A DNA stretch of 64,000 nucleotides from Bdellovibrionota bacterium (GCA_963668355.1 OY764265.1:1216001-1280000); one strand, 5' to 3'. Positions 49,926 through 59,757 are shown, numbered from the stretch's first letter. Made by a program: numbers and translations. The notes: a model not told the origin generated them from the sequence alone.

Positions 49926-50567
49926 TTAATAAACGTACGGGATCATTCGCCATGTTTTTTGACAGTATGTGTCGTAGGCCTCGCCCAATCCCTCTCGCAA
50001 AGCGAGTTCTTCCACACGGATTCGAAACATGTACACCGGGAAAAACAAAAACATGCAAATGGCCAATCCGGCCAGTGATTGAAAGATGGCGGAAATGCCC
50101 AGGGCCATAACAAACGATCCCAAATAACTGGGATGGCGAATGAGTTTGTAGGGTCCGGTGTCGACGACTTTATGATCCTCCAAAACCGTAACAACACCCG
50201 TGAAATACTTTCCCAGATACCGAATGGCGTAATACCGAAACCACAAACCGGCCACGATCATGATAATTCCCGCTTTGGCCAAAGGCTCACACCAACAGGG
50301 ACGCACCTGAGTTCCATATCCGTAGTCCAGAACGGGAACCAAAAAAGAAAGGGTCGCAGCCAAATAAATGAGCGTGACACTTCGACGATCCCGAGGATCT
50401 TTGGTCTTCAAATCTTCGGTCGAAACTTTAGGCTGAGAAATGTTTAAGAAAGCCCCGGCCAAAAAAGCCAGAATGACCGGCCACGTAAGGAGAAGTTCGG
50501 GTTTTGGAATCAATGGAGCAAAGACCACGATGGCCAATAAAAGCGTTTGTTTGATTTTATGAAGCAT
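49926..50567 (-). CDS. Isoprenylcysteine carboxyl methyltransferase (ICMT/PEMT) family membrane protein
   Basis: LGKYFT..V....HKVVDTGPYKLIRHPSY, RIRVEE..L, Y..Y. Confidence 0.88.
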   Translation of the reverse strand: MLHKIKQTLLLAIVVFAPLIPKPELLLTWPVILAFLAGAFLNISQPKVSTEDLKTKDPRDRRSVTLIYLAATLSFLVPVLDYGYGTQVRPCWCEPLAKAGIIMIVAGLWFRYYAIRYLGKYFTGVVTVLEDHKVVDTGPYKLIRHPSYLGSFVMALGISAIFQSLAGLAICMFLFFPVYMFRIRVEELALREGLGEAYDTYCQKTWRMIPYVY

Positions 50568-50616
50568 GGTTTTTTCCTTTTGGTGAAGATTCGCCCATAT
50601 CGTGATTCGAAGTCAA

Positions 50617-51771
50617 TTAAGGAAGCTTTCCAAGCCAACGAGCACAGCTGGTTAGTGTGATATTTCCCTCTCGCTTTTCAATATTTCCTTTTTCGATGAG
50701 TTGAATGGCGGGAACGCCAAGACGTTGACTGAAATACTTCAAAGTATCTGAGATCCTTGTCTCGGAGATCTTTGCTTCGACCAAGAACCACGGTTTTGAG
50801 TTTCGGGTTAAGAGGAAGTCCACCTCTCTTCCATTTCGATCCCTTATGAAGTGAAGTCCCACATTCGCGAGGCCCAAATCCGTCCATGTTTGCGAGGCTT
50901 TCCACAGGTGACTGGCCACAAAGTTTTCAAATCGGGCTCCGGGTTCTTGAATTTGAGACCAGTCCCATAAATAAAACTTGGGTTGTTTCTGTATTGATCG
51001 GGCAATGTGCTGAGAGTAGGGAGAGAGTCGAAACACGACAAACAAACGTCGAAGGGTTTCGATCCAGGATTGAATGGTGGGCACAGAGACGCGAATATCC
51101 TCCGCAAGAGAGCGATAGCTAAAAATGGAGCCAATTTTTGTGGGCAAAAGCAACATGAGTTGGTCCACAAGTTCAACGAGTTTGATTTCGGTCAAATCTC
51201 TTAACTCTTCTTGAATCAGTGTGGTGTGTCGGTTGTTTGACCAACGCAAATGTCCTCTCTCTGATTGGGCGATCAAAGGCTCTGGAAAGCCGCTGAATTT
51301 TAACAAACTGGGGGCATGCGTGCTTTTGGGATGTAGCTCATGAACGTCCGTGGGAAGCTGAATTTCATTTTTCTCCAACTCCCCAATGGAAAAGGGATGC
51401 AATCGATGAGGCAGGTATCTTCCAAAAAGACTATCTCCCGATTTTTGAAACACATCCAATCGAGCGCTACCGGTGAGAATCAGTCGGAGATCAGCGTGGT
51501 GTTTGTCGTGGACGCCCTTAATCAAATTTTTCCATCGAGGATGTTTGTGTAACTCATCCAAACAAACCCATTTCTTTTGCACAAATTCTTGTGACAAGAT
51601 CTTTCTTCGGTCTTCCTGATGGTCATAAGAAAGATATAGGCCTTTATTTTGTTGGATGATGCTGTTGGCCAGTGTGGTTTTTCCAACTTGCCGGGGACCC
51701 GAAAGAAAAACGAACTTCTTTTCCAGATCCTGACGAATAAAAGGTTCCAAGGATCGAAAAAGAACTTTCAT
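50617..51771 (-). CDS. AAA_14 ATPase with DUF4143 domain
   Basis: GPRQVGKTT, LDELHK, LTGSA, SGFPE, PKFYLWD, FENFV, EVDF...VEAK. Confidence 0.88.
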   Translation of the reverse strand: MKVLFRSLEPFIRQDLEKKFVFLSGPRQVGKTTLANSIIQQNKGLYLSYDHQEDRRKILSQEFVQKKWVCLDELHKHPRWKNLIKGVHDKHHADLRLILTGSARLDVFQKSGDSLFGRYLPHRLHPFSIGELEKNEIQLPTDVHELHPKSTHAPSLLKFSGFPEPLIAQSERGHLRWSNNRHTTLIQEELRDLTEIKLVELVDQLMLLLPTKIGSIFSYRSLAEDIRVSVPTIQSWIETLRRLFVVFRLSPYSQHIARSIQKQPKFYLWDWSQIQEPGARFENFVASHLWKASQTWTDLGLANVGLHFIRDRNGREVDFLLTRNSKPWFLVEAKISETRISDTLKYFSQRLGVPAIQLIEKGNIEKREGNITLTSCARWLGKLP

Positions 51772-51977
51772 AAATACGACCTTACATTAGGTATACCAAT
51801 TGTAAAGTGGTGTTTACGTTTGGTCGATGTCCATTCGGAACCCCATGTCGCAGATGAAAGTGAATCTTGGGTGTCTCTCAGAAATTCACGAAAGAAAAAA
51901 GCGTTTAAATACATATAATTAGCACGTTTTGAATTTTTCTTCCTGTGGCATGGTTCGTGTTTAGGTAGAGTAGCAGC

Positions 51978-54005
51978 ATGCATTTGGTCCGAGAACAGAG
52001 CCGCCAAGTTCCGCGGCAAGCCCTTTCCAAAGAGATTCCGGCAACCGTAGCCGTGGGAGGGCAGCAATATGAGGGCGTCCTAAGGGACTATAGCTTAAAA
52101 GGTTTTGGCCTCTCGGTAGATCCCGGAGCTTTAAAACGCGCCAAGCGAGACGGCTGGAATGTCGAAGTCTCCATCGCCCAAGGAAAATACGCCGGAGTCG
52201 TCAGACACTCCCGCTTGGAAAAACATCGTGCTTTACTTGGGGTTCACATTCCAAAAAATGAAAAGAAAGTGGTTTTTAATGATGAGGATCCGGGCTGGGA
52301 TCTCATTGAAGATGAAAAAACCATTGATACCATTTTAAAAGACCTAGTAATTAAAGGACCCGAGGTTGTCATTGAATTAAAACAGCCAAGTGGTGCCGTT
52401 AAGGTTTTTGCAAAAAAATTGATCAATGAAAATCAGGTTGAATTGGAAATTTTCGAAGAAGTAAGGGGGACACTAGCTTCAGGGGCGGCGAAGGCCACTT
52501 TTGAAATTTTCCAAACATGTCATTCCTTTTCCGCACTCATAGATGAAACAGGAAAATCATCTGTCTTCATAAAAACACCTAAGAAAGTGGCGCGTTTGTT
52601 AAGAAGGGAAACAGTACGTGTCCCAAATTGGATTGGGAAACAAGCCGAACTTAGAGTCGCAATAGAAAGTCGCGTACTAGGTCTTCTTGATGAAGAAATA
52701 AAACTTTTTGATTTTAGCGAGAACGGATTCTCTGTTCTGGATCCTTCAGGAAAATTTCTTTTGCCAGTTGATTTTGTTTTTGAACGGGTTCAAGTAACGA
52801 TTCCCCATGTTGGAAAAGTCTCTGGTCGAGCCGAATTAAAAGCATCGAAATGGGTGGCAGAGTACGAAGCCTGGTGTGTGGGGTTTTCCTTCTTTCCTGA
52901 TACGGAAGAGGATGCAAACAAGTGGCATGATTTAGTGCTTCACACGAGATACCCCCACCTTTCTTTCTCCTATCAAAGTGAAGACCATGAAGAAATATGG
53001 AACTTATTTGATCGCAGCAAATATTTAGATCTGAAGCCCCGCGAATCGTTCAAACACATTTACGACATTACAGTTGAAACATGGGACAAAATGAGTTCCG
53101 CTGGAATAACTTTTTCAAGAAGACTCCTTTTGCGCAATCAGTCCAAAATTGTTGGACACTTGCAGTTGGATCGCATTTATCCAAAAACGTGGTGTGTGCA
53201 TGCATTGGCCATTGACCCAGGTCAGGCAAAAACTGTCGGAAGGGACATTTACTCCGTGACGGCAGATGTTTTATCTTCTGAGTCAGCAGATTATGTAATT
53301 AGCATTACGGAAACCGACCTTAAATGGAACCAACGAAACTACTATGAATTTATTAAAAACTATCGTTGGCCCGAGCATAACCACATGCAAACCTATCAAA
53401 TTCATGAAGCTGAGACATCGGTAGGTTGGAACCTTCGCAAAAGTTCAAAGTTTGATGTCAGCTGGACGAATAGATGGGATTTAAAGCGAGTTTTAAGATT
53501 TTTCGAAGTTCACCTTCCGAAGATTGAAAGAGATGCCCTAGGGCTTGATGCTGAAAATTTAGAGTTGGAGCCTTTAAACGAGGCACTAAAGGGACACGGT
53601 CTTTCGAGGGGAAGAAGATTTTTAGTGGCTAAGAGGGGAAATCAGTTGTTGGGAATTTGCCTTTTAGAAACAGGGACTACCGGAATATCGATTTTTGGAA
53701 TTCAAGACACGATATATCTCTTTTGCCCACAAGACGTTCAGAAAAACGAAGATTTAAGACGTGAAGTTCACGAGAGTTTGTTGTTTGAAGCCTTGAATTG
53801 GTATCGGTCAAAGAATATTCCAACCATAAATATATATTTTGAAGATTTAGACCGAGAGTATTGGACGAATCTTGGACTGAAATTCATCTGGGAAGGCGCG
53901 AGGTGGATTGCTCGATGTGCAGTGTCTCGAAGATATCATGCTTATACTCAGATGATGTTTGGTCACTTGATTTTAAGACGAGGCTCTAGAGTTAAGCATA
54001 GATAA
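51978..54005 (+). CDS. Tandem-PilZ protein with C-terminal GNAT-like (acyltransferase-fold) region
   Basis: Two RxxxR/DxSxxG sets (RQVPR..DYSLKG; RETVR..DFSENG); C-terminal IVGHLQL...WCVHALAID and FLVA..LLGICL segments resemble tandem GNAT folds (inference). Confidence 0.6.
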   Translation: MHLVREQSRQVPRQALSKEIPATVAVGGQQYEGVLRDYSLKGFGLSVDPGALKRAKRDGWNVEVSIAQGKYAGVVRHSRLEKHRALLGVHIPKNEKKVVFNDEDPGWDLIEDEKTIDTILKDLVIKGPEVVIELKQPSGAVKVFAKKLINENQVELEIFEEVRGTLASGAAKATFEIFQTCHSFSALIDETGKSSVFIKTPKKVARLLRRETVRVPNWIGKQAELRVAIESRVLGLLDEEIKLFDFSENGFSVLDPSGKFLLPVDFVFERVQVTIPHVGKVSGRAELKASKWVAEYEAWCVGFSFFPDTEEDANKWHDLVLHTRYPHLSFSYQSEDHEEIWNLFDRSKYLDLKPRESFKHIYDITVETWDKMSSAGITFSRRLLLRNQSKIVGHLQLDRIYPKTWCVHALAIDPGQAKTVGRDIYSVTADVLSSESADYVISITETDLKWNQRNYYEFIKNYRWPEHNHMQTYQIHEAETSVGWNLRKSSKFDVSWTNRWDLKRVLRFFEVHLPKIERDALGLDAENLELEPLNEALKGHGLSRGRRFLVAKRGNQLLGICLLETGTTGISIFGIQDTIYLFCPQDVQKNEDLRREVHESLLFEALNWYRSKNIPTINIYFEDLDREYWTNLGLKFIWEGARWIARCAVSRRYHAYTQMMFGHLILRRGSRVKHR

Positions 54006-54076
54006 TATTCTGGCAGTCCTCGCTTTCGTTTTGAAAAATTATCCTTAAACAAATTTTCCAACTACAATGACTACGT

Positions 54077-57000
54077 ATGTCAAAAAGGTCCTTCGAGTCC
54101 CTTTATTGGGGAGCGTTAATTTTACTGTTTGTTCCGATTTTGTTGCTAGGCAAGTTTGAAGCTCACTTAAAAAGTAATATTTCATACGATCTTTCAGGGA
54201 ACACATGGTCTGCATACAACAGCGGCGAAACACAGCCATTTTTTGTCGGAAAGTTTCCAAAAGACTTAAAGTTTGAAAGGGGTCGAAAGGGCAACGAGTA
54301 TATTTTTGAAACAGAGATTGATGTTAAGAAGATTCAAAATATGGGAGGCGCGGCTCTGATTTTTGGCCGAGTCGCTGATTCGGACAGAGTCGCTATAGAT
54401 GGATGTGTTGTTGGCGAAACGGGATTTAAGAAGGGGACGGATCTTCAAGATAGGTGGTTTTGGAATGCAATGCGCGCCTATTCAATCCCGGAAAAATGTA
54501 TAGACAGAAACAAAAAATCGAAATCAGTTCTTAGAGTTTTTATAAAAAAATGGGGCGGTCCTAGCATTGGAATTTTTGGTGGCCCGTTGGGGTTCGGGCC
54601 CCGAGAAGCTTCGTTGTTCGCTGCACATAGGGTTCAGTGGTTTAGAGCTTATCCCGCCTTGATCTTGGCGATTTTGGCATTTGGCATTGGAATTTACTAC
54701 GCGTTCGTGTTTTTGTTGGTTCCTGCGAGAAGGCACAATGGGGTCTTTGCACTGAATGCTATTGGCTTGGCGTTTTACTCTTCTCTTACTAGCGCTCTTC
54801 CTTTCTGGGCCATTGATAGTCCAACAATACTAATGCGATTGTTGTTTTTTGCTGCGGCATTTACTGGAACAAGTTTTCTGTGGTTTTTGGTTGTTCGTTT
54901 TTCTGAATTTCCAAAATGGCCAGCACAGGTTATTGCGATAGCATCTGCTGTAGCCCTTCTAATTGGGTTGCCAATGGGTTCTTTAAAGGGGGTTTACCAA
55001 GTATATGAAGCTTGGCACGGGGTGTTTCTGCCTATTTTATTGATATCTTTCTTTATATTCTTTCGGTTAAAAGGGCGAAATCGCGATGAAAATTTCTGGC
55101 GATACCAACTTGGTTTTTGTCTCTTCGTTCTCGCAGTAGCCCACGATATGGTAGTCACCTATGCCGGTGTTCCGAGGGGGTACTTAATCACGTTCGGGTA
55201 TATGTGCTTCACTGTTTCCGTAGCCTTGTCGTTAGCAAAAGAATACGCCGACGCCTTTCTTCATGTCGAACAACAGGTGTCAGATCGGACGCGGGATTTG
55301 GCGATGGCTTTGGAGCAACTGAAATCTTTGGATGAAATGAAGGCTCGGTTTTTTGCCAACATTTCCCATGACTTCAAAACGCCAATCACTGTGGCTTTGG
55401 GTTCGTTGGAAGAGGCGCGAAAAAACGATGGCAATGTCGACGCACTTCAACCGGCCGAACGTAGTCTCAATCACCTCTTGTCCATGATTGGAGACTTGCT
55501 CGATACCGTAAAAGCGGAATCTGGAACCCTCAGTATGCAATGGGAGAGTGCTCCCCTGGCCGGCTTGTTAAAGCTGTGGTCTTCTTCTCATCAGCTTTTA
55601 TGCCGCCGAAAAGGTGTGGAGTTCGTATTGAGCGTGGGCCAAGAGTATGAAAATTTAAAAATTCCCGTGGATGTGAATAAGTTCCGTCGGGTCATCGACA
55701 ATCTTTTGTCCAATGCTGTGAAATTCACCGATGCCGGGACGGTTGGTTTGAATTTTAGAACCGACGAAGCGAAGGCCTATATTGAAATCATCGATAGCGG
55801 CATCGGCATTCCCGAAGACGAGAGAGATAAAGTATTTGATCGTTTTTTTCAGTCCTCTCGGACGTCTCTCCAAGCGCACGGTGGCTCCGGAATCGGTCTT
55901 TCGTTTGCCAAAGAAGTGGTTGAAATGCACAACGGAAACATCTGGATTGAAGAAGCCGAAACCGGAGGATCCAAATTCATTGTCGCATTACCCCTCTCAC
56001 AAGACGTGGAAGTGACCGGCGAACATCGATTGGAAGAAGTCGAGACGGATGATGTTCGGGGTTCGCTCAATGTGGCTTACCCCCCCGAAAAGCCAAAGAG
56101 AGAAGAGATTGGAAGGCCTACGGTCTTAGCCGCCGAAGACAACCCCGAAGTGGCCCAGATCGTCGTGTCTGGACTTGCGGAAGAATATAATGTGCATTTT
56201 GCAGCCGATGGTAAGCGGGCTTTAGATCGATTGATGGAAGAAAAATTCGATTGCCTCGTAACCGATATCAAAATGCCACGGATGCGTGGGGACGAACTCG
56301 TGATTGAACTGCGAAGTTTGGCCCGAACCCGCTCTTTGCCCATTGTGGTTCTTAGTGCGCATGGCGAAGATGAATTGGTGTCCAGCGTGCTTCGAAGTGG
56401 CGCCAATGACTATGTCACGAAACCCTTCAAACGAGAGATTCTGTTGGCGCGTGTGCGCACACAAATCGAATCACATAAAACCGCCGAATGGATTTCGAAA
56501 AATGAAAAAGTCATCGAACTCGGATTCTTAGCGGGCGGAATGGCGCATCAAATTCGAAATGGTCTAAACAGCCTGTCCAATCAGGTGAGTTACCAGAAAA
56601 AATTTGTGGAAAAAATGTTGGTGTACTTAAAAGAAGCTCCGGAAGCCGAACGAAACAAGCTCCGAGGAAAAATTGCAAAATCATCTGAAGCCATTGAACG
56701 AGCCATGGAACGCATCGAACGGCTTACGGGATCGGTGCAGGCGTATTCGACAGGCTCGACCGAAAAAACGGAAATTCAAATTGCCGATAGCGTAGACGTG
56801 GCCGTCTCTTTGCACAGTGATGAAATTAAAAAGCGGGCCATTACGATTGAAAAAGAAGACCTCGAAAATTTAACCCTCCGAGGCTATGCGGGTTTTCATG
56901 AGGTGTTTGTCAATTTGATTGGAAATGCCGTGAAGGCCTGTCCGGAGGATGGAACTGGCAAGGTTGAAATCTATGGAAAAGACTTTGACGACGAAATGGA

Positions 57001-57271
57001 AATTGTCGTCAAAGACAATGGACATGGAATTCGCCCCGAAGTGCTTCCCAATTTGTGCAAACCCTTTTTCACGACCAAAGCTCCCGGAGAAGGAACAGGT
57101 CTTGGATTATACGTTGTGCGCGACATCATTGAAGGCCACCACGGAGGACAGCTCAACATTCAATCGGGCGGCGAAGACCAAGGCGCGATGTTCACCATTC
57201 GCATCCCCAAAGAAGCCCCCGACTCCGACGAAGACAGCAACGTCTCCATCCACAACGTCCCCGTAAGCTAA
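54077..57271 (+). CDS. Membrane hybrid histidine kinase: periplasmic beta domain, 7TM, HisKA-HATPase, REC, second HisKA-HATPase
   Basis: SHDFKTP, NAVKFT, DSGIG, GSGIGL; AEDN..TDIKMP..KPF; AHQIRNG, NAVKA, DNGHG, PFFTTK, GTGLGL. Confidence 0.92.
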   Translation: MSKRSFESLYWGALILLFVPILLLGKFEAHLKSNISYDLSGNTWSAYNSGETQPFFVGKFPKDLKFERGRKGNEYIFETEIDVKKIQNMGGAALIFGRVADSDRVAIDGCVVGETGFKKGTDLQDRWFWNAMRAYSIPEKCIDRNKKSKSVLRVFIKKWGGPSIGIFGGPLGFGPREASLFAAHRVQWFRAYPALILAILAFGIGIYYAFVFLLVPARRHNGVFALNAIGLAFYSSLTSALPFWAIDSPTILMRLLFFAAAFTGTSFLWFLVVRFSEFPKWPAQVIAIASAVALLIGLPMGSLKGVYQVYEAWHGVFLPILLISFFIFFRLKGRNRDENFWRYQLGFCLFVLAVAHDMVVTYAGVPRGYLITFGYMCFTVSVALSLAKEYADAFLHVEQQVSDRTRDLAMALEQLKSLDEMKARFFANISHDFKTPITVALGSLEEARKNDGNVDALQPAERSLNHLLSMIGDLLDTVKAESGTLSMQWESAPLAGLLKLWSSSHQLLCRRKGVEFVLSVGQEYENLKIPVDVNKFRRVIDNLLSNAVKFTDAGTVGLNFRTDEAKAYIEIIDSGIGIPEDERDKVFDRFFQSSRTSLQAHGGSGIGLSFAKEVVEMHNGNIWIEEAETGGSKFIVALPLSQDVEVTGEHRLEEVETDDVRGSLNVAYPPEKPKREEIGRPTVLAAEDNPEVAQIVVSGLAEEYNVHFAADGKRALDRLMEEKFDCLVTDIKMPRMRGDELVIELRSLARTRSLPIVVLSAHGEDELVSSVLRSGANDYVTKPFKREILLARVRTQIESHKTAEWISKNEKVIELGFLAGGMAHQIRNGLNSLSNQVSYQKKFVEKMLVYLKEAPEAERNKLRGKIAKSSEAIERAMERIERLTGSVQAYSTGSTEKTEIQIADSVDVAVSLHSDEIKKRAITIEKEDLENLTLRGYAGFHEVFVNLIGNAVKACPEDGTGKVEIYGKDFDDEMEIVVKDNGHGIRPEVLPNLCKPFFTTKAPGEGTGLGLYVVRDIIEGHHGGQLNIQSGGEDQGAMFTIRIPKEAPDSDEDSNVSIHNVPVS

Positions 57272-57354
57272 CCAAACGGCCAAAAGAAATTTGTTTTCTT
57301 TACGAAAGAGCGAAACTGTAAACGAAAAAATTTCCCTAAAGAAAGGAAAAATCG

Positions 57355-57894
57355 GTGTTTGTGTATCACCTAAAACCGGAACCCATGATGGGTAAAATGT
57401 TGCTGCCTCTATCCGAGTTGAAAAACCGCTTCAATGAGATTTACAAAATAGAAGATCGAAAATACACGCAGAGATTGGAAACGAAGGAACAGCGAATCAA
57501 CACGCTAAACTGTCTCTGGAACGACGTAGTTCATTTCTCCGCTCTCAGCCCTCAGGTTATCCTTGATGAGATTCGAAATGTTGATCCGGGACATATGCCA
57601 TCCCGAAGAAAATATTTGAAACTTGCCGTTGAACATTTGACAGGCTCTTCGGCAGTCGTTTTTCGGCGAGATGAAAAAGAACCATGGGTAGACTTTTCTT
57701 TGCACGACCACGAAATCACGCCCCTTGTCCAAGAAGAGTATCGAGAGTTAACGAAGGTCCCTGAAAAAACCAAAGCGTTTTGGAAATGGGCGACGGAAAA
57801 CAACCATCCTCGGTATTGGTTCAATTACGTTCCCCACGTGCTGGTTAAGGGCCAGGTGGATATGTCCAAAGCGGAGATTCTTGAATTTTCTTAA
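57355..57894 (+). CDS. Hypothetical protein
   Basis: 179 aa, AAGGA RBS; VYHLKP..G..L.PL..L, LNCLWNDVVHFS, F.YVPHVLVKG. Confidence 0.65.
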   Translation: MFVYHLKPEPMMGKMLLPLSELKNRFNEIYKIEDRKYTQRLETKEQRINTLNCLWNDVVHFSALSPQVILDEIRNVDPGHMPSRRKYLKLAVEHLTGSSAVVFRRDEKEPWVDFSLHDHEITPLVQEEYRELTKVPEKTKAFWKWATENNHPRYWFNYVPHVLVKGQVDMSKAEILEFS

Positions 57895-57913
57895 CGCCCC
57901 CACATTTGACACA

Positions 57914-58048
57914 AAATGTTCGAAAATGGAGCATTTGTTGTTGAAAATGTGTCTCCAAAATGGTACACATCCCTCGTTCAAAAATTCAGAGCCCCCAATC
58001 TCCTGAAAATAAGGGGTTTTTCTCTCTCCGTTTTGGCCCATTTCTTGG
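57914..58048 (+). promoter_or_regulatory. Two dyad sites (possible activator UAS) and a candidate sigma54 promoter TGGCCC-N5-TTGG
   Basis: Dyads at 57914-57936 and 57947-57970 (ATGTGT-N12-ACACAT); -24/-12-like motif at 58034-58048 with GG instead of GC. Confidence 0.45.
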
Positions 58049-58091
58049 GATGGAGAGATATCTTAAAACCGAATACGTTGAAAGGGTTTGC

Positions 58092-59522
58092 ATGACCTCC
58101 AAAAGTAAGAGCACGATTCTTGTTGTAGACGATGAAGCCAGCATTCGAACATACCTCACAGCCATTTTGGGAAATGAGTACGATGTTCTAACCGCCCCCA
58201 ATGGAAAAGAAGCCCTTGAAATTATCCACAGCACTTCTGTGAATATGGTTCTTTTAGACTTGTTGCTGAAAGATGGAGAAGAGGGTCTGGATATTCTGAA
58301 GAAGATCAAATCTCTCCGGGACGAAGTCGCTGTCATCATCGTAAGCGGCGTTAAAATGGTGAGTACTGTGGTAGAGGCCATCCGCCTAGGGGCCTCAGAT
58401 TATGTCAATAAACCCATTGTCAAAGACGAACTGTTTTTGGCCATGGAAAGAGTTCAGCGACAGCGCAGCTTAGAAAAGAATAATGCAGTTTTGCGGGCGG
58501 AGGTCGTGGACCGAAGCGCTAAAAATCAAATCATAGGCAAGTCCCCCGCCATTAATCACGTGAAAACAATGGTTTCCCGTTTAAAAAATCAAGAGGTGAA
58601 TGTCTTTCTGGTCGGAGACACCGGAACAGGAAAAGAAGTATTCGCTCGAGAGCTTCATCGCCAAGAAGAAAATGAAAACCGCCCCTTTGTTTCTGTGAAC
58701 TGTGCAGCAATTCCTGAAAACCTATTGGAATCCGTTCTCTTCGGACACGAAAAAGGGTCCTTCACAGGAGCGACGGAACGTAAACAGGGCAAATTTGAAT
58801 TGGCCGATGGTGGAGATATATTTTTAGACGAAATTAGTTCCATGCCAATGAGTCTTCAGGCCAAACTACTAAGAGTAATAGAGGAGCAAGAAGTGGAACG
58901 GGTGGGTGGGGCCCGACCTAAAAAAGTTCACTTTCGCGTGATTGCGGCTGCCAATGAAGACATCGTCAAGAAAGTCGCAGCTGGTGAGTTTCGGCAAGAT
59001 CTCTACTACCGACTCAACACCGTTACGATTCAGCTACCCAAGCTGAATGATCGGAGGGAAGACATTGTCCCCTTGGCGGAATATTTCTTAAATAAATATA
59101 AACGTTCGGAACATCCCAAGCATCTCTCAGAAGAAGCCAAAGATGCCTTATGTGTTCATGACTGGAGAGGAAATATCCGGGAGCTTCGAAATACCGTAGA
59201 AAACATGATCATTTTTTCTCGGGGAGATGTGATTCAAGAAACAGAAGTCCCCTTTTGCGGGAAAGATTCGGTGTTGTCTGCGCAAAATGCGACGGTGAGC
59301 GAGTTGGAAAAGCCTGAAGATGAAAAACAGGCGAAGGTGAGTCCCAATTTCAGCTCTTTTCTGGACCAATCCTACGAAGAAGCCCAAAAAGCCTTTGACA
59401 AACAACTCATCATGAAGCGCTTGGAAAAAAATCGTTGGAGCAAGACAAAGACAGCCAAAGACTTAGGTATTTCCAGAAACAAGCTCTACCGAAAATTGGC
59501 AGAAGTGGGAATTGGGGTTTGA
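58092..59522 (+). CDS. Sigma54-dependent response regulator (NtrC/AtoC family)
   Basis: REC (VVDDE, LLDL, KP), GDTGTGKE, ESVLFGHEKGSFTGA, Fis HTH; likely start ATG 58092. Confidence 0.95.
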   Translation: MTSKSKSTILVVDDEASIRTYLTAILGNEYDVLTAPNGKEALEIIHSTSVNMVLLDLLLKDGEEGLDILKKIKSLRDEVAVIIVSGVKMVSTVVEAIRLGASDYVNKPIVKDELFLAMERVQRQRSLEKNNAVLRAEVVDRSAKNQIIGKSPAINHVKTMVSRLKNQEVNVFLVGDTGTGKEVFARELHRQEENENRPFVSVNCAAIPENLLESVLFGHEKGSFTGATERKQGKFELADGGDIFLDEISSMPMSLQAKLLRVIEEQEVERVGGARPKKVHFRVIAAANEDIVKKVAAGEFRQDLYYRLNTVTIQLPKLNDRREDIVPLAEYFLNKYKRSEHPKHLSEEAKDALCVHDWRGNIRELRNTVENMIIFSRGDVIQETEVPFCGKDSVLSAQNATVSELEKPEDEKQAKVSPNFSSFLDQSYEEAQKAFDKQLIMKRLEKNRWSKTKTAKDLGISRNKLYRKLAEVGIGV

Positions 59523-59523
59523 T

Positions 59524-59757
59524 ATGGACAAGATCAATCAATCTCAAGAATTACATAGGATGGTTGCCAAGCTATTGCATGATATCGAAAAGCCCAGAGC
59601 CAATTTCAAAATGTTTTCGGAACTTTTTGAGGAAATTTCCGACGATCCAGAAAAAGTTCGCTTTTGGATGAAAGCTGTAAAGCAGTCATTTGAAAAATTC
59701 GATGAACAAGCTCAGAAAGTCCAAGACGTATTTCGAAGGATGGAGTCCGATGCCTGA
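59524..59757 (+). CDS. Stand-alone DHp/HisKA-like mini-protein, copy 1 (77 aa)
   Basis: H-box-like LLHDIEKPRANF followed by two helices; no ATPase domain; conserved in paralog at 61878. Confidence 0.7.
   Translation: MDKINQSQELHRMVAKLLHDIEKPRANFKMFSELFEEISDDPEKVRFWMKAVKQSFEKFDEQAQKVQDVFRRMESDA

Noticed and set aside
51946..51960. Sigma54 promoter TGGCAT-N5-GTGT before the PilZ-GNAT gene
   Set aside because: -12 element mismatched and too close to the ATG to support with confidence
57960..58091. N-terminal extension of the sigma54 regulator (similar extensions at 10146, 18079, 41321, 46940, 61788)
   Set aside because: Extensions run through promoter DNA or neighbouring genes; domain boundaries fit the downstream starts
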